In this document: positions 37,301 through 51,900 of the stretch, in pieces
How positions within the stretch are numbered: the stretch's first letter is position 1
How the letters are laid out: every line of letters starts with the position of its first letter
Assembly: GCA_964016885.1 (NCBI GenBank)
Contig: OZ024743.1
Location: 211,792,001-211,856,000, forward strand
DNA length: 64,000 nucleotides
Origin: Eledone cirrhosa
Taxonomy: Eukaryota
Direction of reading: 5' to 3'
Program-made: the position numbers and the translations under genes
The notes under the pieces: generated by a model
What the model was told of the DNA's origin: nothing
The model's database searches: none
Seen by the model: the letters and a program-made list of their open reading frames with translations, nothing else

Positions 37301-40300
37301 CGTTTTCTTCGAAGCACACCATTCGCCGCCGGACTTCAGCTGCCTCATTTAGCATGGGCAGTTTTTCTTGAAGATCACACCACACACAGCCAATGAGTGT
37401 CTGCACATGTACCAGTAATTAGAGATCGATCCGACCACGGGCGGCCGGCCCACGATCGAGAAAAAGGTAACTCCGCCGGCAAATCGTCATTTTTGTGATC
37501 CGTTTTCTTCGAAGCACACCATTCGCCGCCGGACTTCAGCTGCCTCATTTAGCATGGGCAGTTTTTTTTGAAAATCACACCACACACAACCAATGTGTGT
37601 CTGCACATGTACCAGTAATTACAGATCGATCCGACCACGGGCGGCCGGCCCGCGATTGAAAAGGTAACTCCGCCGGCAAATCGTCATTTTTGTGATTCGT
37701 TTCCTTCGAAGCACACCATTCGCCGCCGGACTTCAGCTGCCTCATTGAACATGGGCAGTTTTTTTTTAAAATCACACCACATACAACCAATGTGTGTCTG
37801 CACATGTACCAGTAATTACAGATCGATCCCACCACGGGCGGCCGGCCCACAATCGAAAAGGTTACTCCACCTGCAAATCGTCATTTTCGGATTCGTTTTC
37901 TTCGAAGCACACCATTCGCCGCCGGACTTCAGCTGCCTCATTTAGCATGGGCAGTTTTTCTTGAAGATCACACCACACACAGCCAATGAGTGTCTGCACA
38001 TGTACCAGTAATCAGAGATCGATCCGACCACGGGCGGCCGGCCCACGATCGAGAAAAAGGTAACTCCGCCGGCAAATCGTCATTTTTGTGATCCGTTTTC
38101 TTCGAAGCACACCATTCGCCGCCGGACTTCAGCTGCCTCATTTAGCATGGGCAGTTTTTTTTGAAAATCACACCACACACAACCAATGTGTGTCTGCACA
38201 TGTACCAGTAATTACAGATCGATCCCACCACGGGCGGCCGGCCCACAATCGAAAAGGTTACTCCGCCTGCAAATCGTCATTTTCGGATTCGTTTTCTTCG
38301 AAGCACACCATTCGCCGGCGGACTTCAGCTGCCTCATTTAGCATGGGCAGTTTTTCTTGAAGATCACACCACACACAGCCAATGAGTGTCTGCACATGTA
38401 CCAGTAATTAGAGATCGATCCGACCACGGGCGGCCGGCCCACGATCGAGAAAAAGGTAACTCCGCCGGCAAATCGTCATTTTTGTGATCCGTTTTCTTCG
38501 AAGCACACCATTCGCCGCCGGACTTCAGCTGCCTCATTTAGCATGGGCAGTTTTTTTTGAAAATCACACCACACACAACCAATGTGTTTCTGCACATGTA
38601 CCAGTAATTACAGATCGATCCCACCACGAGTTCAATGTAAACTAACTTACGCTCAACGACTTTGTTGACGTTTAACACGGTTTGGTTCCACAGCCACAAC
38701 TATTGATTTTACGGAGATATCTTGCTGAAATTCACGCCACACATAGCCAATGAGTGTCTGCACATGTACCAGTAATTACACATCGATCCGACCACGGGCG
38801 GCTGGCCCGCGATTGAAAAGGTAACTCCGCCGGCAAATCGTCATTTTTGGATTCGTTTTCTTCGAAGCACACCATTCGCCGCCGGACTTCAGGTGCCTCA
38901 TTTAGCATGGGCAGTTTTTTTTGAAAATCACACCACACACAACCAATGTGTGTCTGCACATGTACCAGTAATTACAGATCGATCCCACCACGGGCGGCCG
39001 GCCCACAATCGAAAAGGTTACTCCGCCTGCAAATCGTCATTTTCGGATTCGTTTTCTTCGAAGCACACCATTCGCCGGCGGACTTCAGCTGCCTCATTTA
39101 GCATGGGCAGTTTTTCTTGAAGATCACACCACACACAGCCAATGAGTGTCTGCACATGTACCAGTAATTAGAGATCGATCCGACCACGGGCGGCCGGCCC
39201 ACGATCGAGAAAAAGGTAACTCCGCCGGCAAATCGTCATTTTTGTGATCCGTTTTCTTCGAAGCACACCATTCGCCGCCGGACTTCAGCTGCCTCATTTA
39301 GCATGGGCAGTTTTTTTTGAAAATCACACCACACACAACCAATGTGTGTCTGCACATGTACCAGTAATTACAGATCGATCCGACCACGGGCGGCCGGCCC
39401 GCGATTGAAAAGGTAACTCCGCCGGCACATCGTCATTTTTGTGATTCGTTTTCTTCGAAGCACACCATTCGCCGCCGGACTTCAGCTGCCTCATTTAGCA
39501 TGGGCAGTTTTTTTTGAAAATCACACCACACACAACCAATGTGTGTCTGCACATGTACCAGTAATTACAGATCGATCCCACCACGAGTTCAATGTAAACA
39601 AACTTACGCTCAACGACTTTGTTGACGTTTAACACGGTTTGGTTCCACAGCCACAACTATTGATTTTACGGAGATATCTTGCTGAAATTCACGCCACACA
39701 TAGCCAATGAGTGTCTGCACATGTACCAGTAATTACAGATCGATCCGACCAGGGGCGGCCGGCCCGCGATTGAAAAGGTAACTCCGCCGGCAAATCGTCA
39801 TTTTTGGATTCGTTTTCTTCGAAGCACACCATTCGCCGGCGGACTTTGTTGACGTTTAACACGGTTTGGTTCCACAGCCACAACTATTGATTTTAAGGAG
39901 ATATCTTGCTGAAATTCACGCCACACATAGCCAATGAGTGTCTGCACATGTACCAGTAATTACAGATCGATCCGACCAGGGGCGGCCGGCCCGCGATTGA
40001 AAAGGTAACTCCGCCGGCAAATCGTCATTTTTGTGATTCGTTTTCTTCGAAGCACACCATTCGCCGGCGGACTTTGTTGACGTTTAACACGGTTTGGTTC
40101 CACAGCCACAACTATTGATTTTAAGGAGATATCTTGCTGAAGATCACACCACACACAGCCAATGAGTGTCTGCACATGTACCAGTAATTACAGATGGATC
40201 CCACCACGGGCGGCCGGCCCACAATCGAAAAGGTTACTCCGCCTGCAAATCGTCATTTTCGGATTCGTTTTCTTCGAAGCACACCATTCGCCGGCGGACT

Positions 40301-42399
40301 TCAGCTGCCTCATTTAGCATGGGCAGTTTTTCTTGAAGATCACACCACACACAGCCAATGAGTGTCTGCACATGTACCAGTAATTAGAGATCGATCCGCC
40401 GGCAAATCGTCATTTTTGTGATCCGTTTTCTTCGAAGCACACCATTCGCCGCCGGACTTCAGCTGCCTCATTTAGCATGGGCAGTTTTTTTTGAAAATCA
40501 CACCACACACAACCAATGTGTTTCTGCACATGTACCAGTAATTACAGATCGATCCCACCACGAGTTCAATGTAAACTAACTTACGCTCAACGACTTTGTT
40601 GACGTTTAACACGGTTTGGTTCCACAGCCACAACTATTGATTTTACGGAGATATCTTGCTGAAATTCACGCCACACATAGCCAATGAGTGTCTGCACATG
40701 TACCAGTAATTACACATCGATCCGACCACGGGCGGCTGGCCCGCGATTGAAAAGGTAACTCCGCCGGCAAATCGTCATTTTTGGATTCGTTTTCTTCGAA
40801 GCACACCATTCGCCGCCGGACTTCAGCTGCCTCATTTAGCATGGGCAGTTTTTTTTGAAAATCACACCACACACAACCAATGTGTGTCTGCACATGTACC
40901 AGTAATTACAGATCGATCCCACCACGGGCGGCCGGCCCACAATCGAAAAGGTTACTCCGCCTGCAAATCGTCATTTTCGGATTCGTTTTCTTCGAAGCAC
41001 ACCATTCGCCGGCGGACTTCAGCTGCCTCATTTAGCATGGGCAGTTTTTCTTGATGATCACACCACACACAGCCAATGAGTGTCTGCACATGTACCAGTA
41101 ATTAGAGATCGATCCGACCACGGGCGGCCGGCCCACGATCGAGAAAAAGGTAACTCCGCCGGCAAATCGTCATTTTTGTGATCCGTTTTCTTCGAAGCAC
41201 ACCATTCGCCGCCGGACTTCAGCTGCCTCATTTAGCATGGGCAGTTTTTTTTGAAAATCACACCACACACAACCAATGTGTGTCTGCACATGTACCAGTA
41301 ATTACAGATCGATCCGACCACGGGCGGCCGGCCCGCGATTGAAAAGGTAACTCCGCCGGCAAATCGTCATTTTTGTGATTCGTTTTCTTCGAAGCACACC
41401 ATTCGCCGCCGGACTTCAGCTGCCTCATTTAGCATGGGCAGTTTTTTTTGAAAATCACACCACACACAACCAATGTGTGTCTGCACATGTACCAGTAATT
41501 ACAGATCGATCCCACCACGAGTTCAATGTAAACAAACTTACGCTCAACGACTTTGTTGACGTTTAACACGGTTTGGTTCCACAGCCACAACTATTGATTT
41601 TACGGAGATATCTTGCTGAAATTCACGCCACACATAGCCAATGAGTGTCTGCACATGTACCAGTAATTACAGATCGATCCGACCAGGGGCGGCCGGCCCG
41701 CGATTGAAAAGGTAACTCCGCCGGCAAATCGTCATTTTTGGATTCGTTTTCTTCGAAGCACACCATTCGCCGGCGGACTTCAGCTGCCTCATTTAGCATG
41801 GGCAGTTTTTCTTGAAGATCACACCACACACAGCCAATGAGTGTCTGCACATGTACCAGTAATTAGAGATCGATCCGACCACGGGCGGCCGGCCCACGAT
41901 CGAGAAAAAGGTAACTCCGCCGGCAAATCGTCATTTTTGTGATCCGTTTTCTTCGAAGCACACCATTCGCCGCCGGACTTCAGCTGCCTCATTTAGCATG
42001 GGCAGTTTTTTTTGAAAATCACACCACACACAACCAATGTGTTTCTGCACATGTACCAGTAATTACAGATCGATCCCACCACGAGTTCAATGTAAACTAA
42101 CTTACGCTCAACGACTTTGTTGACGTTTAACACGGTTTGGTTCCACAGCCACAACTATTGATTTTACGGAGATATCTTGCTGAAATTCACGCCACACATA
42201 GCCAATGAGTGTCTGCACATGTACCAGTAATTACACATCGATCCGACCACGGGCGGCTGGCCCGCGATTGAAAAGGTAACTCCGCCGGCAAATCGTCATT
42301 TTTGGATTCGTTTTCTTCGAAGCACACCATTCGCCGCCGGACTTCAGCTGCCTCATTTAGCATGGGCAGTTTTTTTTGAAAATCACACCACACACAACC

Positions 42400-45300
42400 A
42401 ATGTGTGTCTGCACATGTACCAGTAATTACAGATCGATCCGACCACGGGCGGCCGGCCCGCGATTGAAAAGGTAACTCCGCCGGCAAATCGTCATTTTTG
42501 TGATTCGTTTTCTTCGAAGCACACCATTCGCCGCCGGACTTCAGCTGCCTCATTTAGCATGGGCAGTTTTTTTTGAAAATCACACCACACACAACCAATG
42601 TGTGTCTGCACATGTACCAGTAATTACAGATCGATCCCACCACGAGTTCAATGTAAACAAACTTACGCTCAACGACTTTGTTGACGTTTAACACGGTTTG
42701 GTTCCACAGCCACAACTATTGATTTTACGGAGATATCTTGCTGAAATTCACGCCACACATAGCCAATGAGTGTCTGCACATGTACCAGTAATTACAGATC
42801 GATCCGACCAGGGGCGGCCGGCCCGCGATTGAAAAGGTAACTCCGCCGGCAAATCGTCATTTTTGGATTCGTTTTCTTCGAAGCACACCATTCGCCGGCG
42901 GACTTTGTTGACGTTTAACACGGTTTGGTTCCACAGCCACAACTATTGATTTTAAGGAGATATCTTGCTGAAATTCACGCCACACATAGCCAATGAGTGT
43001 CTGCACATGTACCAGTAATTACAGATCGATCCGACCAGGGGCGGCCGGCCCGCGATTGAAAAGGTAACTCCGCCGGCAAATCGTCATTTTTGTGATTCGT
43101 TTTCTTCGAAGCACACCATTCGCCGGCGGACTTTGTTGACGTTTAACACGGTTTGGTTCCACAGCCACAACTATTGATTTTAAGGAGATATCTTGCTGAA
43201 ATTCACGCCACACATAGCCAATGAGTGTCTGCATATGTACCAGTAATTACAGATCGATCCGACCACGGACGGCCGGCCCGCGATTGAAAAGGTAACTCCG
43301 CCGGCAAATCGTCATTTTCGGATTCGTTTTCTTCGAAGCACACCATTCGCCGGCGGACTTCAGCTGCCTCATTTAGCATGGGCAGTTTTTCTTGAAGATC
43401 ACACCACACACAGCCAATGAGTGTCTGCACATGTACCAGTAATTACAGATGGATCCCACCACGGGCGGCCGGCCCACAATCGAAAAGGTTACTCCGCCTG
43501 CAAATCGTCATTTTCGGATTCGTTTTCTTCGAAGCACACCATTCGCCGGCGGACTTCAGCTGCCTCATTTAGCATGGGCAGTTTTTCTTGAAGATCACAC
43601 CACACACAGCCAATGAGTGTCTGCACATGTACCAGTAATTAGAGATCGATCCGACCACGGGCGGCCGGCCCACGATCGAGAAAAAGGTAACTCCGCCGGC
43701 AAATCGTCATTTTTGTGATCCGTTTTCTTCGAAGCACACCATTCGCCGCCGGACTTCAGCTGCCTCATTTAGCATGGGCAGTTTTTTTTGAAAATCACAC
43801 CACACACAACCAATGTGTTTCTGCACATGTACCAGTAATTACAGATCGATCCCACCACGAGTTCAATGTAAACTAACTTACGCTCAACGACTTTGTTGAC
43901 GTTTAACACGGTTTGGTTCCACAGCCACAACTATTGATTTTACGGAGATATCTTGCTGAAATTCACGCCACACATAGCCAATGAGTGTCTGCACATGTAC
44001 CAGTAATTACACATCGATCCGACCACGGGCGGCTGGCCCGCGATTGAAAAGGTAACTCCGCCGGCAAATCGTCATTTTTGGATTCGTTTTCTTCGAAGCA
44101 CACCATTCGCCGCCGGACTTCAGCTGCCTCATTTAGCATGGGCAGTTTTTTTTGAAAATCACACCACACACAACCAATGTGTGTCTGCACATGTACCAGT
44201 AATTACAGATCGATCCCACCACGGGCGGCCGGCCCACAATCGAAAAGGTTACTCCGCCTGCAAATCGTCATTTTCGGATTCGTTTTCTTCGAAGCACACC
44301 ATTCGCCGGCGGACTTCAGCTGCCTCATTTAGCATGGGCAGTTTTTCTTGAAGATCACACCACACACAGCCAATGAGTGTCTGCACATGTACCAGTAATT
44401 AGAGATCGATCCGACCACGGGCGGCCGGCCCACGATCGAGAAAAAGGTAACTCCGCCGGCAAATCGTCATTTTTGTGATCCGTTTTCTTCGAAGCACACC
44501 ATTCGCCGCCGGACTTCAGCTGCCTCATTTAGCATGGGCAGTTTTTTTTGAAAATCACACCACACACAACCAATGTGTGTCTGCACATGTACCAGTAATT
44601 ACAGATCGATCCGACCACGGGCGGCCGGCCCGCGATTGAAAAGGTAACTCCGCCGGCAAATCGTCATTTTTGTGATTCGTTTTCTTCGAAGCACACCATT
44701 CGCCGCCGGACTTCAGCTGCCTCATTTAGCATGGGCAGTTTTTTTTGAAAATCACACCACACACAACCAATGTGTGTCTGCACATGTACCAGTAATTACA
44801 GATCGATCCCACCACGAGTTCAATGTAAACAAACTTACGCTCAACGACTTTGTTGACGTTTAACACGGTTTGGTTCCACAGCCACAACTATTGATTTTAC
44901 GGAGATATCTTGCTGAAATTCACGCCACACATAGCCAATGAGTGTCTGCACATGTACCAGTAATTACAGATCGATCCGACCAGGGGCGGCCGGCCCGCGA
45001 TTGAAAAGGTAACTCCGCCGGCAAATCGTCATTTTTGGATTCGTTTTCTTCGAAGCACACCATTCGCCGGCGGACTTTGTTGACGTTTAACACGGTTTGG
45101 TTCCACAGCCACAACTATTGATTTTAAGGAGATATCTTGCTGAAATTCACGCCACACATAGCCAATGAGTGTCTGCACATGTACCAGTAATTACAGATCG
45201 ATCCGACCAGGGGCGGCCGGCCCGCGATTGAAAAGGTAACTCCGCCGGCAAATCGTCATTTTTGTGATTCGTTTTCTTCGAAGCAGACCATTCGCCGGCG

Positions 45301-45970
45301 GACTTTGTTGACGTTTAACACGGTTTGGTTCCACAGCCACAACTATTGATTTTAAGGAGATATCTTGCTGAAATTCACGCCACACATAGCCAATGAGTGT
45401 CTGCATATGTACCAGTAATTACAGATCGATCCGACCACGGACGGCCGGCCCGCGATTGAAAAGGTAACTCCGCCGGCAAATCGTCATTTTCGGATTCGTT
45501 TTCTTCGAAGCACACCATTCGCCGGCGGACTTCAGCTGCCTCATTTAGCATGGGCAGTTTTTCTTGAAGATCACACCACACACAGCCAATGAGTGTCTGC
45601 ACATGTACCAGTAATTACAGATGGATCCCACCACGGGCAGCCGGCCCACAATCGAAAAGGTTACTCCGCCTGCAAATCGTCATTTTCGGATTCGTTTTCT
45701 TCGAAGCACACCATTCGCCGGCGGACTTCAGCTGCCTCATTTAGCATGGGCAGTTTTTCTTGAAGATCACACCACACACAGCCAATGAGTGTCTGCACAT
45801 GTACCAGTAATTAGAGATCGATCCGACCACGGGCGGCCGGCCCACGATCGAGAAAAAGGTAACTCCGCCGGCAAATCGTCATTTTTGTGATCCGTTTTCT
45901 TCGAAGCACACCATTCGCCGCCGGACTTCAGCTGCCTCATTTAGCATGGGCAGTTTTTTTTGAAAATCAC
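42400..45970. repeat. 2172-bp higher-order repeat (11 monomers), about 1.6 copies
   Basis: Offsets 42500->44672, 42748->44920, 43019->45191 and 43203->45375 = 2172. Confidence 0.8.
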
Positions 45971-48900
45971 ACCACACACAACCAATGTGTGTCTGCACAT
46001 GTACCAGTAATTACAGATCGATCCGACCACGGGCGGCCGGCCCGCGATTGAAAAGGTAACTCCGCCGGCAAATCGTCATTTTTGTGATTCGTTTTCTTCG
46101 AAGCACACCATTCGCCGCCGGACTTCAGCTGCCTCATTTAACATGGGCAGTTTTTTTTTAAAATCACACCACATACAACCAATGTGTGTCTGCACATGTA
46201 CCAGTAATTACAGATCGATCCCACCACGGGCGGCCGGCCCACAATCGAAAAGGTTACTCCGCCTGCAAATCGTCATTTTCGGATTCGTTTTCTTCGAAGC
46301 ACACCATTCGCCGCCGGACTTCAGCTGCCTCATTTAGCATGGGCAGTTTTTCTTGAAGATCACACCACACACAGCCAATGAGTGTCTGCACATGTACCAG
46401 TAATTAGAGATCGATCCGACCACGGGCGGCCGGCCCACGATCGAGAAAAAGGTAACTCCGCCGGCAAATCGTCATTTTTGTGATCCGTTTTCTTCGAAGC
46501 ACACCATTCGCCGCCGGACTTCAGCTGCCTCATTTAGCATGGGCAGTTTTTTTTGAAAATCACACCACACACAACCAATGTGTTTCTGCACATGTACCAG
46601 TAATTACAGATCGATCCCACCACGAGTTCAATGTAAACTAACTTACGCTCAACGACTTTGTTGACGTTTAACACGGTTTGGTTCCACAGCCACAACTATT
46701 GATTTTAAGGAGATATCTTGCTGAAATTCACGCCACACATAGCCAATGAGTGTCTGCACATGTACCAGTAATTACAGATCGATCCGACCACGGGCGGCCA
46801 GCCCGCGATTGAAAAGGTAACTCCGCCGGCAAATCGTCATTTTTGGATTCGTTTTCTTCGAAGCACACCATTCGCCGGCGGACTTTGTTGACGTTTAACA
46901 CGGTTTGGTTCCACAGCCACAACTATTGATTTTAAGGAGATATCTTGCTGAAATTCACGCCACACATAGCCAATGAGTGTCTGCACATGTACCAGTAATT
47001 ACAGATCGATCCGACCAGGGGCGGCCGGCCCGCGATTGAAAAGGTAACTCCGCCGGCAAATCGTCATTTTTGGATTCGTTTTCTTCGAAGCACACCATTC
47101 GCCGGCGGACTTTGTTGACGTTTAACACGGTTTGGTTCCACAGCCACAACTATTGATTTTAAGGAGATATCTTGCTGAAATTCACGCCACACATAGCCAA
47201 TGAGTGTCTGCACATGTACCAGTAATTACAGATCGATCCGACCACGGGCGGCCGGCCCGCGATTGAAAAAGTAACTCCGCCGGCAAATCGTCATTTTTGT
47301 GATCCGTTTTCTTCGAAGCACACCATTCGCCGCCGGACTTCAGCTGCCTCATTTAGCATGGGCTGTTTTTTTTGAAAATCACACCACACACAACCAATGT
47401 GTGTCTGCACATGTACCAGTAATTACAGATCGATCCCCCCACGGGCGGCCGGCCCACAATCGAAAAGGTTACTCCGCCTGCAAATCGTCATTTTCGGATT
47501 CGTTTTCTTCGAAGCACACCATTCGCCGGCGGACTTCAGCTGCCTCATTTAGCATGGGCAGTTTTTCTTGAAGATCACACCACACACAGCCAATGAGTGT
47601 CTGCACATGTACCAGTAATTAGAGATCGATCCGACCACGGGCGGCCGGCCCACGATCGAGAAAAAGGTAACTCCGCCGGCAAATCGTCATTTTTGTGATC
47701 CGTTTTCTTCGAAGCACACCATTCGCCGCCGGACTTCAGCTGCCTCATTTAGCATGGGCAGTTTTTTTTGAAAATCACACCACACACAACCAATGTGTGT
47801 CTGCACATGTACCAGTAATTACAGATCGATCTGACCACGGGCGGCCGGCCCGCGATTGAAAAGGTAACTCCGCCGGCAAATCGTCATTTTTGTGATTCGT
47901 TTTCTTCGAAGCACACCATTCGCCGCCGGACTTCAGCTGCCTCATTTAGCATGGGCAGTTTTTTTTGAAAATCATACCACACACAACCAATGTGTGTCTG
48001 CACATGTACCAGTAATTACAGATCGATCCCACCACGAGTTCAATGTAAACAAACTTACGCTCAACGACTTTGTTGACGTTTAACACGGTTTGGTTCCACA
48101 GCCACAACTATTGATTTTACGGAGATATCTTGCTGAAATTCACACCACACACAGCCAATGAGTGTCTGCACATGTACCAGTAATTAGAGATCGATCCGAC
48201 CACGGGCGGCCGGCCCACGATCGAGAAAAAGGTAACTCCGCCGGCAAATCGTCATTTTTGTGATCCGTTTTCTTCGAAGCACACCATTCGCCGCCGGACT
48301 TCAGCTGCCTCATTTAGCATGGGCAGTTTTTTTTGAAAATCACACCACACACAACCAATGTGTGTCTGCACATGTACCAGTAATTACAGATCGATCCGAC
48401 CACGGGCGGCCGGCCCGCGATTGAAAAGGTAACTCCGCCGGCAAATCGTCATTTTTGTGATTCGTTTTCTTCGAAGCACACCATTCGCCGCCGGACTTCA
48501 GCTGCCTCATTTAACATGGGCAGTTTTTTTTTAAAATCACACCACATACAACCAATGTGTGTCTGCACATGTACCAGTAATTACAGATCGATCCCACCAC
48601 GGGCGGCCGGCCCACAATCGAAAAGGTTACTCCGCCTGCAAATCGTCATTTTCGGATTCGTTTTCTTCGAAGCACACCATTCGCCGCCGGACTTCAGCTG
48701 CCTCATTTAGCATGGGCAGTTTTTCTTGAAGATCACACCACACACAGCCAATGAGTGTCTGCACATGTACCAGTAATTAGAGATCGATCCGACCACGGGC
48801 GGCCGGCCCACGATCGAGAAAAAGGTAACTCCGCCGGCAAATCGTCATTTTTGTGATCCGTTTTCTTCGAAGCACACCATTCGCCGCCGGACTTCAGCTG

Positions 48901-51900
48901 CCTCATTTAGCATGGGCAGTTTTTTTTGAAAATCACACCACACACAACCAATGTGTTTCTGCACATGTACCAGTAATTACAGATCGTTCCCACCACGAGT
49001 TCAATGTAAACTAACTTACGCTCAACGACTTTGTTGACGTTTAACACGGTTTGGTTCCACAGCCACAACTATTGATTTTAAGGAGATATCTTGCTGAAAT
49101 TCACGCCACACATAGCCAATGAGTGTCTGCACATGTACCAGTAATTACAGATCGATCCGACCACGGGCGGCCAGCCCGCGTTTGAAAAGGTAACTCCGCC
49201 GGCAAATCGTCATTTTTGGATTCGTTTTCTTCGAAGCACACCATTCGCCGGCGGACTTTGTTGACGTTTAACACGGTTTGGTTCCACAGCCACAACTATT
49301 GATTTTAAGGAGATATCTTGCTGAAATTCACGCCACACATAGCCAATGAGTGTCTGCACATGTACCAGTAATTACAGATCGATCCGACCAGGGGCGGCCG
49401 GCCCGCGATTGAAAAGGTAACTCCGCCGGCAAATCGTCATTTTTGGATTCGTTTTCTTCGAAGCACACCATTCGCCGGCGGACTTTGTTGACGTTTAACA
49501 CGGTTTGGTTCCACAGCCACAACTATTGATTTTAAGGAGATATCTTGCTGAAATTCACGCCACACATAGCCAATGAGTGTCTGCACATGTACCAGTAATT
49601 ACAGATCGATCCGACCACGGGCGGCCGGCCCGCGATTGAAAAAGTAACTCCGCCGGCAAATCGTCATTTTTGTGATCCGTTTTCTTCGAAGCACACCATT
49701 CGCCGCCGGACTTCAGCTGCCTCATTTAGCATGGGCTGTTTTTTTTGAAAATCACACCACACACAACCAATGTGTGTCTGCACATGTACCAGTAATTACA
49801 GATCGATCCCCCCACGGGCGGCCGGCCCACAATCGAAAAGGTTACTCCGCCTGCAAATCGTCATTTTCGGATTCGTTTTCTTCGAAGCACACCATTCGCC
49901 GGCGGACTTCAGCTGCCTCATTTAGCATGGGCAGTTTTTCTTGAAGATCACACCACACACAGCCAATGAGTGTCTGCACATGTACCAGTAATTAGAGATC
50001 GATCCGACCACGGGCGGCCGGCCCACGATCGAGAAAAAGGTAACTCCGCCGGCAAATCGTCATTTTTGTGATCCGTTTTCTTCGAAGCACACCATTCGCC
50101 GCCGGACTTCAGCTGCCTCATTTAGCATGGGCAGTTTTTTTTGAAAATCACACCACACACAACCAATGTGTGTCTGCACATGTACCAGTAATTACAGATC
50201 GATCTGACCACGGGCGGCCGGCCCGCGATTGAAAAGGTAACTCCGCCGGCAAATCGTCATTTTTGTGATTCGTTTTCTTCGAAGCACACCATTCGCCGCC
50301 GGACTTCAGCTGCCTCATTTAGCATGGGCAGTTTTTTTTGAAAATCATACCACACACAACCAATGTGTGTCTGCACATGTACCAGTAATTACAGATCGAT
50401 CCCACCACGAGTTCAATGTAAACAAACTTACGCTCAACGACTTTGTTGACGTTTAACACGGTTTGGTTCCACAGCCACAACTATTGATTTTACGGAGATA
50501 TCTTGCTGAAATTCACACCACACACAGCCAATGAGTGTCTGCACATGTACCAGTAATTAGAGATCGATCCGACCACGGGCGGCCGGCCCACGATCGAGAA
50601 AAAGGTAACTCCGCCGGCAAATCGTCATTTTTGTGATCCGTTTTCTTCGAAGCACACCATTCGCCGCCGGACTTCAGCTGCCTCATTTAGCATGGGCAGT
50701 TTTTTTTGAAAATCACACCACACACAACCAATGTGTGTCTGCACATGTACCAGTAATTACAGATCGATCCGACCACGGGCGGCCGGCCCGCGATTGAAAA
50801 GGTAACTCCGCCGGCAAATCGTCATTTTTGTGATTCGTTTTCTTCGAAGCACACCATTCGCCGCCGGACTTCAGCTGCCTCATTTAACATGGGCAGTTTT
50901 TTTTTAAAATCACACCACATACAACCAATGTGTGTCTGCACATGTACCAGTAATTACAGATCGATCCCACCACGGGCGGCCGGCCCACAATCGAAAAGGT
51001 TACTCCGCCTGCAAATCGTCATTTTCGGATTCGTTTTCTTCGAAGCACACCATTCGCCGCCGGACTTCAGCTGCCTCATTTAGCATGGGCAGTTTTTCTT
51101 GAAGATCACACCACACACAGCCAATGAGTGTCTGCACATGTACCAGTAATTAGAGATCGATCCGACCACGGGCGGCCGGCCCACGATCGAGAAAAAGGTA
51201 ACTCCGCCGGCAAATCGTCATTTTTGTGATCCGTTTTCTTCGAAGCACACCATTCGCCGCCGGACTTCAGCTGCCTCATTTAGCATTTGCAGTTTTTTTT
51301 GAAAATCACACCACACACAACCAATGTGTTTCTGCACATGTACCAGTAATTACAGATCGTTCCCACCACGAGTTCAATGTAAACTAACTTACGCTCAACG
51401 ACTTTGTTGACGTTTAACACGGTTTGGTTCCACAGCCACAACTATTGATTTTAAGGAGATATCTTGCTGAAATTCACGCCACACATAGCCAATGAGTGTC
51501 TGCACATGTACCAGTAATTACAGATCGATCCGACCACGGGCGGCCAGCCCGCGTTTGAAAAGGTAACTCCGCCGGCAAATCGTCATTTTTGGATTCGTTT
51601 TCTTCGAAGCACACCATTCGCCGGCGGACTTTGTTGACGTTTAACACGGTTTGGTTCCACAGCCACAACTATTGATTTTAAGGAGATATCTTGCTGAAAT
51701 TCACGCCACACATAGCCAATGAGTGTCTGCACATGTACCAGTAATTACAGATCGATCCGACCAGGGGCGGCCGGCCCGCGATTGAAAAGGTAACTCCGCC
51801 GGCAAATCGTCATTTTTGGATTCGTTTTCTTGGAAGCACACCATTCGCCGGCGGACTTTGTTGACGTTTAACACGGTTTGGTTCCACAGCCACAACTATT

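Larger units (their letters stand above)
16925..41281. repeat. ~12.2-kb near-identical tandem duplication (copy 1 ~16925-29073; copy 2 ~29131-41281)
   Basis: Every ORF from 17998 to 28458 has an identical counterpart at +12208 (+12206 upstream of the 2-bp indel). Rare variants are paired: CACGGCAC 19411/31619, CAGGCC 21950/34158, TCAGGTG 26681/38889, and a 42-bp deletion at ~28190/~40398. Confidence 0.93.
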
